A stretch of 64,000 nucleotides of DNA from the human T2T-CHM13v2.0 reference genome, Homo sapiens: assembly GCF_009914755.1 (NCBI RefSeq), contig NC_060928.1; one strand, written 5' to 3'. Position numbers and translations under genes: made by a program. Shown in pieces: positions 42,211 to 57,500 of the stretch (position 1 is the first letter of the stretch; each line of letters starts with the position of its first letter). Below the pieces are notes generated by a model, which was not told the origin of the DNA, ran no database searches, and was given only the letters and a program-made list of their open reading frames with translations.

Positions 42211-44079
42211 TCGTAGTTCTACTTATAATTGATATGACATTGAGATGAACCATGTATTTTCTCCCTGCTTCAAAATTCTTGCGTGTAGTATAAGGAACTG
42301 GGACAAAGTAATCTCTAAAGCACCTTCTGGTTGAAGAATTTCATTCTATGAGACAATAACTAAGCATGTGAGTGATTCATTAATTATTTATTCTCGCTTG
42401 CTCTCATTCTCCCTCTCTTTCTCAGCCAAGCCATAATTCCTATGTAAAAGGCATATAATCTACAATGATTCACTAATTCAAGTCTGTCTGTCTGTCTGTT
42501 TCAAGGGTCATTATACTCTTCATTATTTAGAAGAAAAGTTGACTTTCCTTAAGTCTTTTGCTAAACCTGTCCTCTCTATAATAGGTTCTCAGCCAATTAC
42601 ATCTTTGCCTACAACACTCTCTTTTCTACACTTGCTCTTTCAGTTCTTTCACTGCTGACAACCACATGAATCTGGGCATTAACATCCCACCTTCCCTGCA
42701 AGGTGCTGCTGGTCATAATGACATCAGTGAAGGGTGATGTACGAAGTGATGGGAAGTGAAGAGCGTGCAAGTTAAAGGGAAGTGCCATCTCTTCACTTCC
42801 CACCATATGAGCATCTGGTCTGTGCAAGAAAATTTACTGACTGTTACAGATATTAAGATGATTTGTACCACAGGGAGTGCTGTGAACTAACTTGGGTCAA
42901 TTGTGAACAGACAAATTATTCACAAGTTTGTTTGAATAGAATTCAGTAGATTCATAATTAAAGTTAGGTGAGTCCTATAGCTTCCTCCCTCCCCGATCTC
43001 CCTCACAATCTCAAAATCAAATGAAATTTTATAAAAGCAAATTATGCCACCATAAATAACATTTTTATCAAATAATCTGCAAGTGTTCGTATTGTTTTCT
43101 ATAAAGGCCCATTGAAACTTTAACTCCCTGGTTTTTGTTTGTTTGTTTGTTTTGGTGCTAACAATGACCTTACATGAAATGAGCTCTTGAAATAATGGTT
43201 ATAATAGTTTACTGACTAATTCAGCTAACTTCTTATGATATTTGACAGCACAATCTTCCAAGGGTACCCCGTGGGCTGTGAATTGAAATTCAAATGGCAT
43301 AGGTTGCAAGGTTCCCCAAATTCTAATACTCTTGCACATTCAAGCATCAAAGTATTAGTATGTTTCTAAGCAATCAATACATCTGGGAGCATTACTTATT
43401 CCTCAGTAAAAAGTAATTTCTCATTTTTTTAAATTAACAGTTCCTTTGTGCATGTGAGGGTAATGTAGCTTTAGATATTTAGGGCCTTCTAAATAACCTA
43501 ACCACCCCTGGAGTATGAACTGCTGATTAGAATACAGCATATGTTAGCAAATAACAAACACTTGGCAGAGGCTTTGAAGTTTTATGTTTTGTCTATAGCT
43601 TGGGTCTCATCTAGTTGTCACAGGATTCCCTCACTAGCCTATTCTCTAATTAAGAGGAGTCACAGATAACTGTATCATCTCTCTTTACAGAGCACATTTC
43701 AAGATGAGAAGTAGGGACAGTTGTTCTTTTTCCTTAACTTTCATTTAATTTGTTTATGACATAATAAAGTAGATAAATACATGTAGATAAACTGTGAAAG
43801 ACCTTTACATGAAGTCTATAATTAATACAACAGGGCTTTAGTGATGATAATGGAGCCAAACCATGGAAGACTGAGGCTGACAAGTCACAGATGTTGGGGA
43901 ATCTAAGAGCTGTGAATTAAGAAAAATGTTGAAACAATCAGATAAAATTTAGATGTTGAAAATTACATTTATAAACAAGAATAACTTATTCAATATAGTT
44001 CTTTATGTGCTCTATGTAATTTATAAAAATACAATTTTGAAAGATTAAAATCATTTCTTAAATTATACTAAGTATTCTT

Positions 44080-44640
44080 CTAAGCCCACCAGCCAAAGCA
44101 CACTGGAGACACAGCCTGAGTTAAATAAATTATTTTTATTTAGCCTCTTCAACAGTTTATTAACTAATTTATTCAATAGTTAAATCAATTATTTTATTTA
44201 GCATTTCAGAAAAGGTCTTAGAAATATCTCACAAAATGGAGTGAGGAGACACTTTTATTGGATTTAGTTTTGTAGTGAATGATTCTAAGGAAGGTAAAGT
44301 GAAGACCAACTGTGGATTGGATGCTGTCAAGCAAACAGAGCATTTAGCAATTGGATAGTTCAGCAACATTTATTTAGGAGATGAGATCAATGAAGTTAGA
44401 CCAAAATGTCATTGGTTCAAAAAAAAAAAGGAGCAATAACTCAAAAGGAGGGGTTGTTATTCATTTTACAGCCATGGAGGGTTCATTGGAGAAGCATTGT
44501 TTATATAGCCTTGTTGAAGTCTCATGGTTAACATTGCTTTACGTCCTGGTAGGAATAGCACAGCCTGTTTATCAACAGGGGTGGCTTTCACTTTTGAATA
44601 TTTATGCTTCTCTCTAAATGACTCAGGATGGCCAACCATT
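44080..44640. mobile_element. Possible ancient ERV LTR fragment, family uncertain
   Basis: Motifs ggattggatgctgtcaag and gtcattggtt resemble old eutherian LTRs. Termini not resolved. Confidence 0.35.
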
Positions 44641-45504
44641 TACTCATTCTAAAATTGTTTGCTAGAAACTTATTATATGTTAGGATCTGACTAAGATATA
44701 AATCCTGCCCTTCAAAGGATGTTTACTCTACCAGGGAGGAGAAAGGTATTGATGGCAATTATTGTAGTATATTGGCAGTGGGAGCATTCAACGAGAGCAT
44801 TATTGCTGCAAACTGACCCAGGCCAATTTAGTGGTTCAGCAAGCCACAGTTGCCTTTGGTAAGATTGTTAGGCTAATAATGGATAGATATCTTTAAGAAC
44901 CGCATATCCAAGTGGAATGCCTGAATAAAAGTAAGTCTAAGGCCAAATTTCTTCCAGCATACAAACATTACTAGGAATCTGGAAAAACAGTCATATACTT
45001 ATTCTACATCTCTGAGAATTTCCATTTGCTGACCAAGGCACCATAATTTAAGCATTTTGTACAAGGATGACTTGGAAGTAGGTGAGAAAATACATAAACA
45101 GAAGACCAGCCAGAGTTGTAACTCTGTGAAGTGGCAGATCCTTTGTGAAAAGGAGGGAGGCAGAGCCAGTAGGACTCTGTACCTTGAAAAGTGCTCCAAT
45201 AGCATTGGTTGGGCCAGATTCTACACATTTCCCATGCAGAGCTTGAGATACATGTATGATATTTTCTACCTGTTAAAACTCTGAACTTTCATTTCACCAT
45301 AAAAATATTCTAACATCATTTCTACTAATGAATAAACTTAGGTGACAAATTTATTAATCGAGTTTAAACAATAGATTGCATTAATTACATTGATTCTGAC
45401 TCCATTGATTCATGACTGGAGTAAGCATAACACTATAAAAGCATTGGTTTTTGATTTGGTTACCTTAAATACTAACTAACCATGCCTAGGTTCTAGATTA
45501 CAGG

Positions 45505-46015
45505 AAACATATACATATACATATACATACACACACACACACTTATGTAAAGCACACACATATACACATATACTCACATGTACATGCACATATATACACA
45601 TATACAAATGCACATATACACACACACATATATACACATTATTTCTCTCTTACATGTGAGAAAATTGAGGCATAGTAAATTTAAGTAACTTTGCTGAAGG
45701 CCACACATTTTGGAAGTAGCCAAAATAGAATCTAAACACAGGACTGAATAAGTCCAAAACAATAATTCTCAACTAAGTCCTTTGCGCTAGCTGTGTATAT
45801 ATGTGTGTATAAATAGATATATGTCTGTACATGTGTGTATATGTATATATGTGTTTTTATATATACAAATGTACACATATTTGTATATATGTATATATAT
45901 ATTTATGTGTATGTGTGTGCATATACGTATAAAATATATGTGTATACTATGTATGCACATGTAACACATAAATATGTATACAGAGAAAAATATATATATA
46001 CATGTATATACACAA
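45505..46015. repeat. (CA/TA)n and (TG/TA)n microsatellites flanking a MIR piece
   Basis: CA/TA-rich at 45505-45640 and TG/TA-rich at 45792-46012. Confidence 0.9.
45642..45790 (-). mobile_element. MIR fragment (apparent copy of 42065-42210)
   Basis: Antisense MIR core that aligns base by base to 42065-42210. Confidence 0.75.
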
Positions 46016-48112
46016 GCTCTATAATTTAGATGTCTCTTCACAACTTACATAATCTTATCTAAGACTGTGTTAGATAGTCTTTTCTTAGATATCTTTGATA
46101 CTTTTCCAAGTTTTCAAATAGATATTGACCCTAGTTTCAAAATCCCAGAAAAAGCCTCACCACAGGTAGGCTCCTTCTTCCAGTCTCTGAAATCTCTTAT
46201 TCTATTTTCCATTGAATTTTCTCTTTCCTTCATTTGACCTTTCCTTTAACAAAGCTTAAGAGAGGACCAATGACCTTCAAAATCATCAAAACAGTACTCC
46301 AGGTAGTTGGTACCAATCAATGATTGTTAGGAATCAAGATGAAAATCATTTTTGATTATTGGTAGAGCTGATATGATCAAATGAGTATGTAATATTTCTA
46401 AAATGTTTGTAAAGTAATTCTTGGATATATTAAACTTTAATCCATTTGTGTAGCCTAAAATACGGTTTCAGTGTGCCAGTGTATTAAAGAGCTTTACAAA
46501 ACACACACCCTGGGCTTCCTTTGTAAAAAGTAAGCCAAACGTGTTCCTCAATGAGGAGCGAGTTCTAAGAAATCTAAAACTTATCCCGCATAACCTTTTA
46601 AGTAAAAACCTTTAAAGAATATTTTCCCCAAGTTCTTTTGGCTTTTTGTGAGTTTCTACTACCTTTTATGCTTGACACATTTTCACTATGTGTTTGCTAA
46701 GTTGTGCTTTAACATGTTATAGATTCTTCCATTCAGCTTCCAGTATGGGCTACGTTTAAAAACAGCTGTGCTTCATCATCCTTTCTTTTGTCCAGAGAAT
46801 ACTAAGTGGTAACCTGCTGTCATGCGGCTGCCAGAGCAAATTAGATGCTGTGATTCCTGTGTAGTGCCCCAATTACAAGTAAGGAGGGCACTTACCGTGC
46901 AGTACTTGTCTTGATGTAAGGGAGTCATAGATTTCAACTGAAAAATAGTTGTCCCTAAGAAGGACACTCGTATCTGCCTACACATATTAGATAACATTTT
47001 GAAATTAGAAAACAGAGGGGTTTTTTTTAATAAGTGCCTAGCCTTTTGTAAATATCAGTGCATATAAGTGATCAAAATACCAATTACAGGAAAGAACTTT
47101 GTATAATATTTTGAATTAATTTAACTATGACCTTGATAGAATATTTTACACTTGAATCTTTGCACAGTATTAGGCCACCTTTTTTTATCAAATGGAATGA
47201 CCTGGTTAATTCTACTTAAAATACTTTAAAATATATATTTACTTGCATGACACATATTACAATGTTTATATACATAGATATGTCATAAAATCATATATAA
47301 TATATACTAATATGCATGCATCATTTTAGATTTTGGGCAGATACTTTTGTCTTGTTTCCTGTTCTCATGAGAACATCTAAATAATATGTTTCTACTCTTG
47401 CAGAAATCATCAATCAATTCAAATCCACTGTTTCCTTTTGACTGTTGGCTGTTTTGTTTTTCAATGTTTTGTTTTTGTTGTTTTGTTTCATCTTTGCATG
47501 GCAGTAAATAAATAGCTAATGGTATACAATATGCACCAGGAACTATCATAAGGACCTTTATGTGCATTTTTAAAATTTTATTTTCCAGATAACTCTAAGA
47601 TTGTGCTTATTTTTCTTTTACAGACAAAATTGGGGATGGGAAGGTTAGATAACTGGTACTGGTACAGGATGGAGTAAAATAAATCAGAATTCTAGAGCCA
47701 TGATACATAGTCCTGTCTGTCTGCTTTCTGATGACATCTCCTTGTACAGCACCTAAAGAAATGGGGGAACAGGGACACTTTCTGATTCACCTTCGACCTG
47801 ATGGTAGTTGATAGAGAAGGAACACTTGATACCTCCTACACGTCATCTAACTTTATGCCATGATCTATTCCATGCTGCACTCTCTTTCTGTACTTTTGTT
47901 CATGTTGTTGCTCTTTCCCTTCCCCCATCCCAGCCTCTTCACTTGATGCCCATTCTTTAATTATTTATTCCAAGGCCTCTTCTCTGAGTTAAAAGCCCCT
48001 TGATCATTCCAGACTACTTGGATCTCAAACTTTCCAAGCTCCTTTGCTCTTCCTGACTGAAACATTCAGGCAGCAATTAGTAAAATGCCACTTGTCTTTT
48101 TAAAAACAAACA

Positions 48113-48241
48113 ATTTCAATTTTTTATTATAGATTAAGGGGTACATGTGCAGGTTTGTTACATGGATATATTGTGTAATACACAAGGTAGGAGGTATAAA
48201 CGACCCCATTACCCAGGTAGTGAACATAGTACCCAATAGTT
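48113..48241 (-). mobile_element. Short L1PA15/16-like 3' end
   Basis: ggggtacatgtgcaggtttgttacatggatatattg...acccaggtagtgaacatagtacccaatag. Confidence 0.8.
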
Positions 48242-48384
48242 ATTCAGCTGTCTATTAAAAGGTATAACTTAATTTAAGACTTCACTTTTTATGCTCTGTG
48301 GCTATGAAGTAACAAGCATATTTTCTCTAGCTATACTGTAGAATTGGTCTTCTGAGTCCTTATTCAGTATTTCTTATATGTGGA

Positions 48385-48525
48385 TTTTTTGCCTCTCCTT
48401 CTAGACTGAATGATTTTCGTGAGTAAAGACTACATCCTCCACATTTTTTAATGCCACAGAGTTTTAGTCCAACAAGAGCATAATAAAAAGTGTCCAAAAG
48501 TATTTGATGGATTGAACTGAATGCA
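48385..48525 (+). mobile_element. L2 3' end
   Basis: ctagactgaatgattttcgtgagtaaagact...aagtatttgatggattgaactgaatg. Confidence 0.55.
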
Positions 48526-49019
48526 GTACTCAGTAACCTTAGGGCCAGTCTGGTGCTCCAGACACTAGATTGCCCTACTTGTTATGCCACTAGGATTGAC
48601 ATTAAACTTTGCAAGCATGTACATGAGCAGTTCAAAATAATTCCCAATATAACTCAATTCTGATGACATTTGGCACTACTGCACTTTCCAGAAATTGATG
48701 GAAAATGTCAATTCTTCCCTGTGGTAGTTTTGCCAATTTCAACTAAAGTGAAAAGTAGACGTGTCGCTGGGCAAAAGACTAATTGCTTCCAGAGAAATGA
48801 ATGGGCCAATGAAGAAGGTGGTTTGCTTCCAAAAAACATGCACCCTCAAAAGGATATAGTATAATACTGATATTAGACTGAGCATATGAACATTGAAATA
48901 TTTTCATTAATTAATTACCAGGCTGAAGTCACTTACTTTGACCAATATAGAATTGCTGTAACTTTGAGTGTAATGTAAAATTCGTTTTGGTAAATTTAGG
49001 GGAAAAAGTAAAAAAATAA

Positions 49020-49640
49020 TTTATTCTGCAAACCAATAACCTTTGGATGTCTATTATGTGACAATCAATCCTTACACTAGGCATGGGGGATTTAAATTTA
49101 ATAAATAACTAGTACCTAAAATTAAGGAAATGATGATCCCATAGAGATAAATAAATAAGTACAGTTAATTGTGATCATTGGTAAAAAGGGAGAATTTGTG
49201 ATCTGCACAAAGCTTGAAGCTCTCATATTGATCTTGGAGTTCAGGCAAAGAAGGCTACACGATTGTGAGCTAAGGTTTGAAGAATAAATACAGGTTGAAG
49301 AAGATTATTATTTCAGCTTTGATATCATTATCCCTATGCAAATAATATATCCTGTGGAAATATAGGTTATACAAAGTGGAAGTGGGAAGAAAATAGAGTT
49401 TGTAAGACTTGGTGTGGTAAGATGTATAGTTTAAATACCTTAGATAAACATTTAAGAAATTTCTTCAGAAAAGTGAGAGATGTTCTTATATTTTAAACAG
49501 ACCTTCCAACAGGATAACTGAGCAGGAATGGTGGTGGAGTGGAAATGTTGGGCAATACAATCAGGAAGAACAGTGAGAAGACATTTCTATCAGTGAGATA
49601 CCACTGGCTGCAGATAATGAATATTAGATTAGATTGGTCA
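49020..49640 (-). mobile_element. Degenerate L2
   Basis: Antisense L2 motifs (tctattatgtgac; ctaggcatgggg; gagctaaggtttgaagaataaatacag). Confidence 0.45.
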
Positions 49641-50130
49641 AGATTGAATGACCTCAAAGAATTTTACTGTTGCCCTCCCACTTTTAAAACTCCAGAACTT
49701 CAACATGTATGCTATATTTAAGAAATTAGATAATTAATATATGGCTAATGGAAAGAGATTAAGCTTGTAGCAGAATGTTCTCTCAGGACATTCCAGTAAG
49801 AAATACTTCCTAGGGAAGTTAAATTATGAGCAAATTTGACTTTTTTAAAATTGTGTTTGTAGAAGTGATTATACCCATATCTCCAGTCCTGCTCAAATCT
49901 CTAAGGGACTGATGAAGAGGTTCTGCATTCAACAAAGCCTGGAAAAACATTTTCCTGCATTTCCCACTTCTTTCCATTTATCAGTGGAGATGAGTCCTGT
50001 CACGAATAACTTAATTCAATTCTCTATGCAGAGAGAATGATAGCAGGACACTGATTTAATTTTTTTAGGCCAAACTGCCTTGCAGGCAGGTCCTCCAGCA
50101 TTTTCTCTGGATTCAGTGTGAGTTGCAAAA

Positions 50131-50596
50131 TGTTATTTGCAGTCCAGTTCTCCTGGTAGCCTCGCACCAACTCATTTCTCCCAGCTTTCTAATTTGTAGT
50201 TTTCAAGAATAACTGTAGGATGTGCTGGGAATGCAACATCCTGAGATAAAAGGAGATTGGAGAGAACAACCTGGGCTCTTTTCCAGTCCTCTCAGAAATA
50301 GGATAATCTTGAACACCTTAACCCAGTGTTTCACAGGACCCCAGGGTATAAAACCCATGCTGGGCTGTTTTTGGGGGTCCTTCAACTGCGGTGCAAGGGA
50401 AGCATGCACGGATGAGGCTGCATTGATCCCAGGAAGCTTTCCTGAGCCTTGAGGGTTCAGCTTGCAATGAATCACAGGCTTCCATTGCCCCTTGCTGTGT
50501 ATCTGTAAGCGATAAATCCACTTATTTGTATGAATAAGTTCTGTCTTGCCAGATTCAGACAAGCTGGTAACCAGTGCACAGTGAACCTGTTTTACA
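50131..50596 (+). mobile_element. LTR47-like solo LTR (ERVL)
   Basis: TG...CA termini; tcaagaataactgtaggatgtgctgggaatgcaacatcctgagata; TATA-like tataaaa at ~50347. Confidence 0.75.
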
Positions 50597-50709
50597 TCAA
50601 TGAATTCCCAGTTCCCACTGATCTCAAATGACATAAAGATGATTCTTAAATATAAACAAACTTTAAAAATTGAATGCATGTGAATATCTACTTCAACGTT
50701 AACTTTTTG

Positions 50710-50779
50710 GTGGTTTGAGAAAATTTCAAGAGTAAATTTTACTCGTGGTTTGAGAAAATTTCAAGAGTAAATTTTACTC
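50710..50779. repeat. Perfect 35-bp tandem duplication
   Basis: gtggtttgagaaaatttcaagagtaaattttactc x2 (50710-50744, 50745-50779). Confidence 0.95.
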
Positions 50780-51110
50780 TATCAGTTTTCTATAACATTT
50801 TTCTATGTCTCTGACTCTATGTTCATGTAAAAATTTATATCCTGGTTGATTCAGGAGGGGTTCTTCTAATGACTAGCTTTGCTGTCACTTTTTTATGTGA
50901 TTTTGATATCTATCCAAGTTTTTTATATTGGTCTATCTGTATGCCTTGAGACTTTCTTCACATGAAATTCTTTTGTAATAATGTTATGTGAATGATGGTA
51001 TTACCTCTGAAAACAAATCAGATATTCTAAGTTAAGTCTAGGCTCAACAGTATATTTGCCTTGAGATTGGGGGTACAAATATTTATACTTTCTTAATCTG
51101 AGTTTTCTCA

Positions 51111-51603
51111 TGTATATTAGATTTCTATGCTGCTATTAAAATTTACCAAAAACTTAATGGCTTAAAATGACAACATGCATTTATTATTTTACAGTTCTGG
51201 AGATCAGAAGTCCTAAAATGAAGGTATCAGCAAGGCTATCTTCCTTCCAAAGATTCTTAGGGGGAATCAGTTTCCTGGCCTTTTTCAGCTTTTCCAGGTA
51301 GCCTACTGTCCTCAGCTTCTAAACCGTTCTCCCATCATTCCAACCTCCGCTTCCATCATCACATCTCCTTCTGTGACTCTGGCCTTCCAAGCTTCCTATC
51401 ACAGTGACACCTGTGATAACATTAGGCCCAACCAGATCATCTAAGACAAGCTTTCCATCTCAATATCTGTAACTTAAACAATCCATAAAGTCCTTTTTGT
51501 TATGCAAGGTAACAGACACAGGTTTCAGGAACTAGGACGTGGGTATCTTTATATGTTTATGTGTGGGTGCGGGGGGTGTCACATTTTTTTGTCCATAAAT
51601 ACA
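51111..51603 (-). mobile_element. MLT1C/D-like solo LTR, inserted in a MIR
   Basis: aaacttaatggcttaaaa...atttattattttacagttctggagatcagaagtc...aaggtaacagacacaggtttcagg. MIR-like sequence lies on both sides (~51020-51110, ~51604-51695). Confidence 0.75.
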
Positions 51604-52479
51604 TCTTCTAGAATTGGAAAACTGATACCTTTCCTACTTATTTCTATGGCTTGCCATTACGCTCAACGGAAATAATTTATGAGAAAGCTTTATGCAACTC
51701 GTGAAGGTGTAATTTACTATAGAAGAACTCGTTCTATTGATCCCACTTCATGTTTTTTCATTTACTACATAAAGTATTTTCCCTTTATATTTGGATCATT
51801 ATATGAACCAATTCCAATTCTGTGATTCATACAACTTCTTGTAGTACAGTGTGTTTTACCATAAAATTGTGACTTCTTCTATTTCCGGAAAACCGTATTA
51901 AGAACATATTAATAAAGGATACATATAAAGTCACAATGTAAAATGCAGTATTGCTGCAGATTATTTTAACACAGAAAATGTTGATGCAGCAACTGAAATT
52001 AGGAAAGAAGAAAAGGAAAAGATTGTCATTTTTGCCAGAGTTACTCTAGCCATCAGCCAGCTCCACAATATTATTTTCTTTATTTTTCCAAACTGCATAA
52101 GCAAACAATGCAATGAAAATATATGGACACCCTTTAGTATATATTAGCATTGTTACTTCTTTGTGTAGTAGCCTTATAATCAATTTATACTCATATATAT
52201 ATGTATATAAATCAATTATATACAAAAAAGTTTGAAATTACATAGATAACTAATTTCAAGAGAAAAGATGTTTGCCTGTTTGATTCACATGTACACTTAT
52301 CTAATTGTGTGATAGATAATCAAGACCATCTGGTTACATAGCAATGTATCTCTTTCAAGTTGTTTGTGTTTGAGTTCAAAGAAACACAAAGGGAGTGTAA
52401 TATTTTCATTGGTTGCCTTCACATTATAAAATTAATTACAATGTCTGCCAGCTACCTGCATATGGATGATCATCTTTTG

Positions 52480-52910
52480 CTTGTCAGTAATTTAAAGCAA
52501 AATTAATGGTCCATAAAATAGGTGACTAGTTTAGCTCATAACTCATACAGAAATTTTTCATTTAGACAACCATTATATTATGAAATAAATAAAGTGAGCC
52601 TATTACTCTAAGAATAGCAACTGGCAGTATTTGGTGTCAATTATAAAATGTAAGTTTATAAATGAAAAATTAAATTTTTAAAAATCTTATGCCTACCACC
52701 ATGGGCTTCAACATTGCCCAGTTCTTACAGAATATTTGTATGCTATAGCTGGTGAAATTGATTAATGTGACCTTTGTAATTGCAAGTTTCAGCATATGTA
52801 TTTGCAAAACTCAGGGAAACAAAGTTTTCCAAATAGTGGTTATATGATGCTATACAATTATGCATAAATTTTAAAAATCCACTCAAAATGAAAAATAGAC
52901 CAATAAACTT
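52480..52910 (+). mobile_element. Charlie1-like (hAT) fragment; resumes at ~53999-54087
   Basis: aagtgagcct...caactggcagtatttggtgtcaattataaaat...aaatccactcaaaatgaaaaatagaccaat matches the remembered Charlie1 transposase region. It continues as ggattttaat...atggtttcagatt after an L1 insert. Confidence 0.65.
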
Positions 52911-52974
52911 TTCTATGTATATGCTTCAAAAAATTATCTATGGACATTGACACTTTGATTTCTCATATTTAGGT

Positions 52975-53995
52975 GTCACAAACATTACTTTTCTTTTTAA
53001 AGTTGCAAAGAGTACAGACAATTCCCATATACCCCACACCCAGATCCCTCTATTATTAACATCATAAATTATTTTGGTATGGTTGTTACAAGTAATAAAC
53101 AAATATTGTACACCACTAGTAAAGTACAAACAACACTTCTACAGTTTTTAATGCCCTTTTCTGTTCAATATTCTCTCTAGAGTACCATATTAAATTTATT
53201 TGTCAAGTATTTGTAGACTCCTCTAGATTCTGATGACTTCTCAGACTGGTCTCAACAGGCTTTTAAGAACACCGACTAGCCATTTTATAGACTGCTCTTC
53301 AATTTTAGTATGCTGGATTTGTTTCTGAGGATTAGAAAATGATTATGGTTTTTTGGGTTTTTTTAATTTGTTTTTCAGGTGGTGGGTAGAAAGAAGAAAA
53401 CCACAGAGATAAATTGCCATTTTCATCAAATCATATGAAGGGTATATTTTATCGATATAACTTACCACTGTTGGTGTTAACTATAATCATCTGACTGAGA
53501 TAGTGTTTATCAGTTTTCTCTGTAGTAAAATTACTCTTCCCTTTCCCTTTCCAAAAGTACTCTTAAGAAAAAAATACTATGTATAGCTCAAATCCTTGGG
53601 GTAGTATCTACACAAATTATTCTGAATTGTTCTGCGTGGAAGATTTGTCTATTGTGATCATCTATTTATCTATTTGCTCATTATTTATGTCAGTATGGAC
53701 TCATGTATGTATTTTAATATTTGATGTTGTAATATAATACTTTATTATTTATTTTGTTGCTCAAATTGTTTCAAGCTTGGACATTGGGAGCTCTTTTAAA
53801 TTGGTTTCTTTCACCCTTTGATACACCCTCACTATGGTATGCATGTGTGTACATGTGTGCACTTTCTTGTTGGAGCTGCAAGATGATTCCAGCTCATCAA
53901 CCATATCCCCTGTCAAGCTGTAGAATCAACTATTTCCGCAAGGATTCTTGCTTTCTTTATTAGAGAATCGTATTCAAAATCAAAATATTACATGC
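52975..53995 (-). mobile_element. L1MC3/4-like 3' UTR
   Basis: aagttgcaaagagtacagacaattcccatatacccc...ttttgttgctcaaattgtttcaagcttggacattgggagctc. Confidence 0.7.
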
Positions 53996-54089
53996 GGAGT
54001 GACAAGTGGATTTTAATTTTCCAGAGCATAATAATTTATTGGCATGGTTTCAGATTAGACATGAAAAATCCTCTTTAAGAAAGTACTAT

Positions 54090-56625
<2,536 letters not shown>

Positions 56626-56789
56626 AATCCCACTTTACCTCCATAAAATAACCAAGTGTAATAATAGGCAAAACTTTTGAAGACAATTTATGGAATATAT
56701 ATATAATGAAATATATATTATGAAATATAAATATATTTTCCATTCATAGATATATATGTGAATGGAAAATGTGTACATGGTAATATGTA

Positions 56790-57500
56790 ATATTATTAGT
56801 TATCAGATAAGTGCAAATAAAACCACAATAAGATATAATTATGCACTTGGTAGAATAGCTTTAAAAATTGACAATACTTAGTGTCTACAAGTGGAGCAAC
56901 TGGAATTCTCATAGATCCTACAAAGAAAAAAAACGGCACCCCACTTTAGAAAACAGTTTGGCAATTTTATAGAAAGTTAAACACTAAGTGGCATCACAAT
57001 TTTAGTCTAGTATTTACACAAGTGAAATAAAAACTTACATTCTCACAAAACCTACCTGTATTTGAATGGTTCCAGTTGATTTTTAAAATAATTACTCCAA
57101 ACTAGAATCAACCGAAATGTTTAAATGGTGAGCTAATAAACAAACTACAATGTCTTTAAATGAGGCAATAATACTCAAAAAGGAAAAAAAAAAACTCATA
57201 CGTGCAAGAATCTCAAATTTATTATGTTAAGTGAAAGTAGACAATCTGAGAGTCTAGTAAGATTATATTTCTATGACATCATGGAAAAGGTAAGAGTATA
57301 GAGATAGAAAACATAGCAGTGGCTAACAAAGATTGAGAGTGTGAGGGAGGAGTTGTCTACAACAGACATGCAGGAATTTGGGGGTTAGAACCACTTTAAA
57401 TTTTCATTATGGTGATGGTTACACTACTATATACATTTATCTGTACTCACAGAACTACATTAAAAGTGAATTTTCTTTGTATGTAAATTGTACTTTTAAA
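56790..57500 (+). mobile_element. L1ME 3' portion
   Basis: aagtgcaaataaaaccacaataagata; gtggagcaactggaattctcat; actttagaaaacagtttggca; ggtgatggttacac. Confidence 0.7.

Noticed and set aside
50203-50679. Longest ORF in the window (158 aa)
   Set aside because: Antisense to an LTR47-like solo LTR, with no recognisable domain.
50710-50779. Palindromic 35-bp direct repeat superficially like a CRISPR repeat
   Set aside because: Only two abutting copies, no spacers, no cas genes, and a human context.
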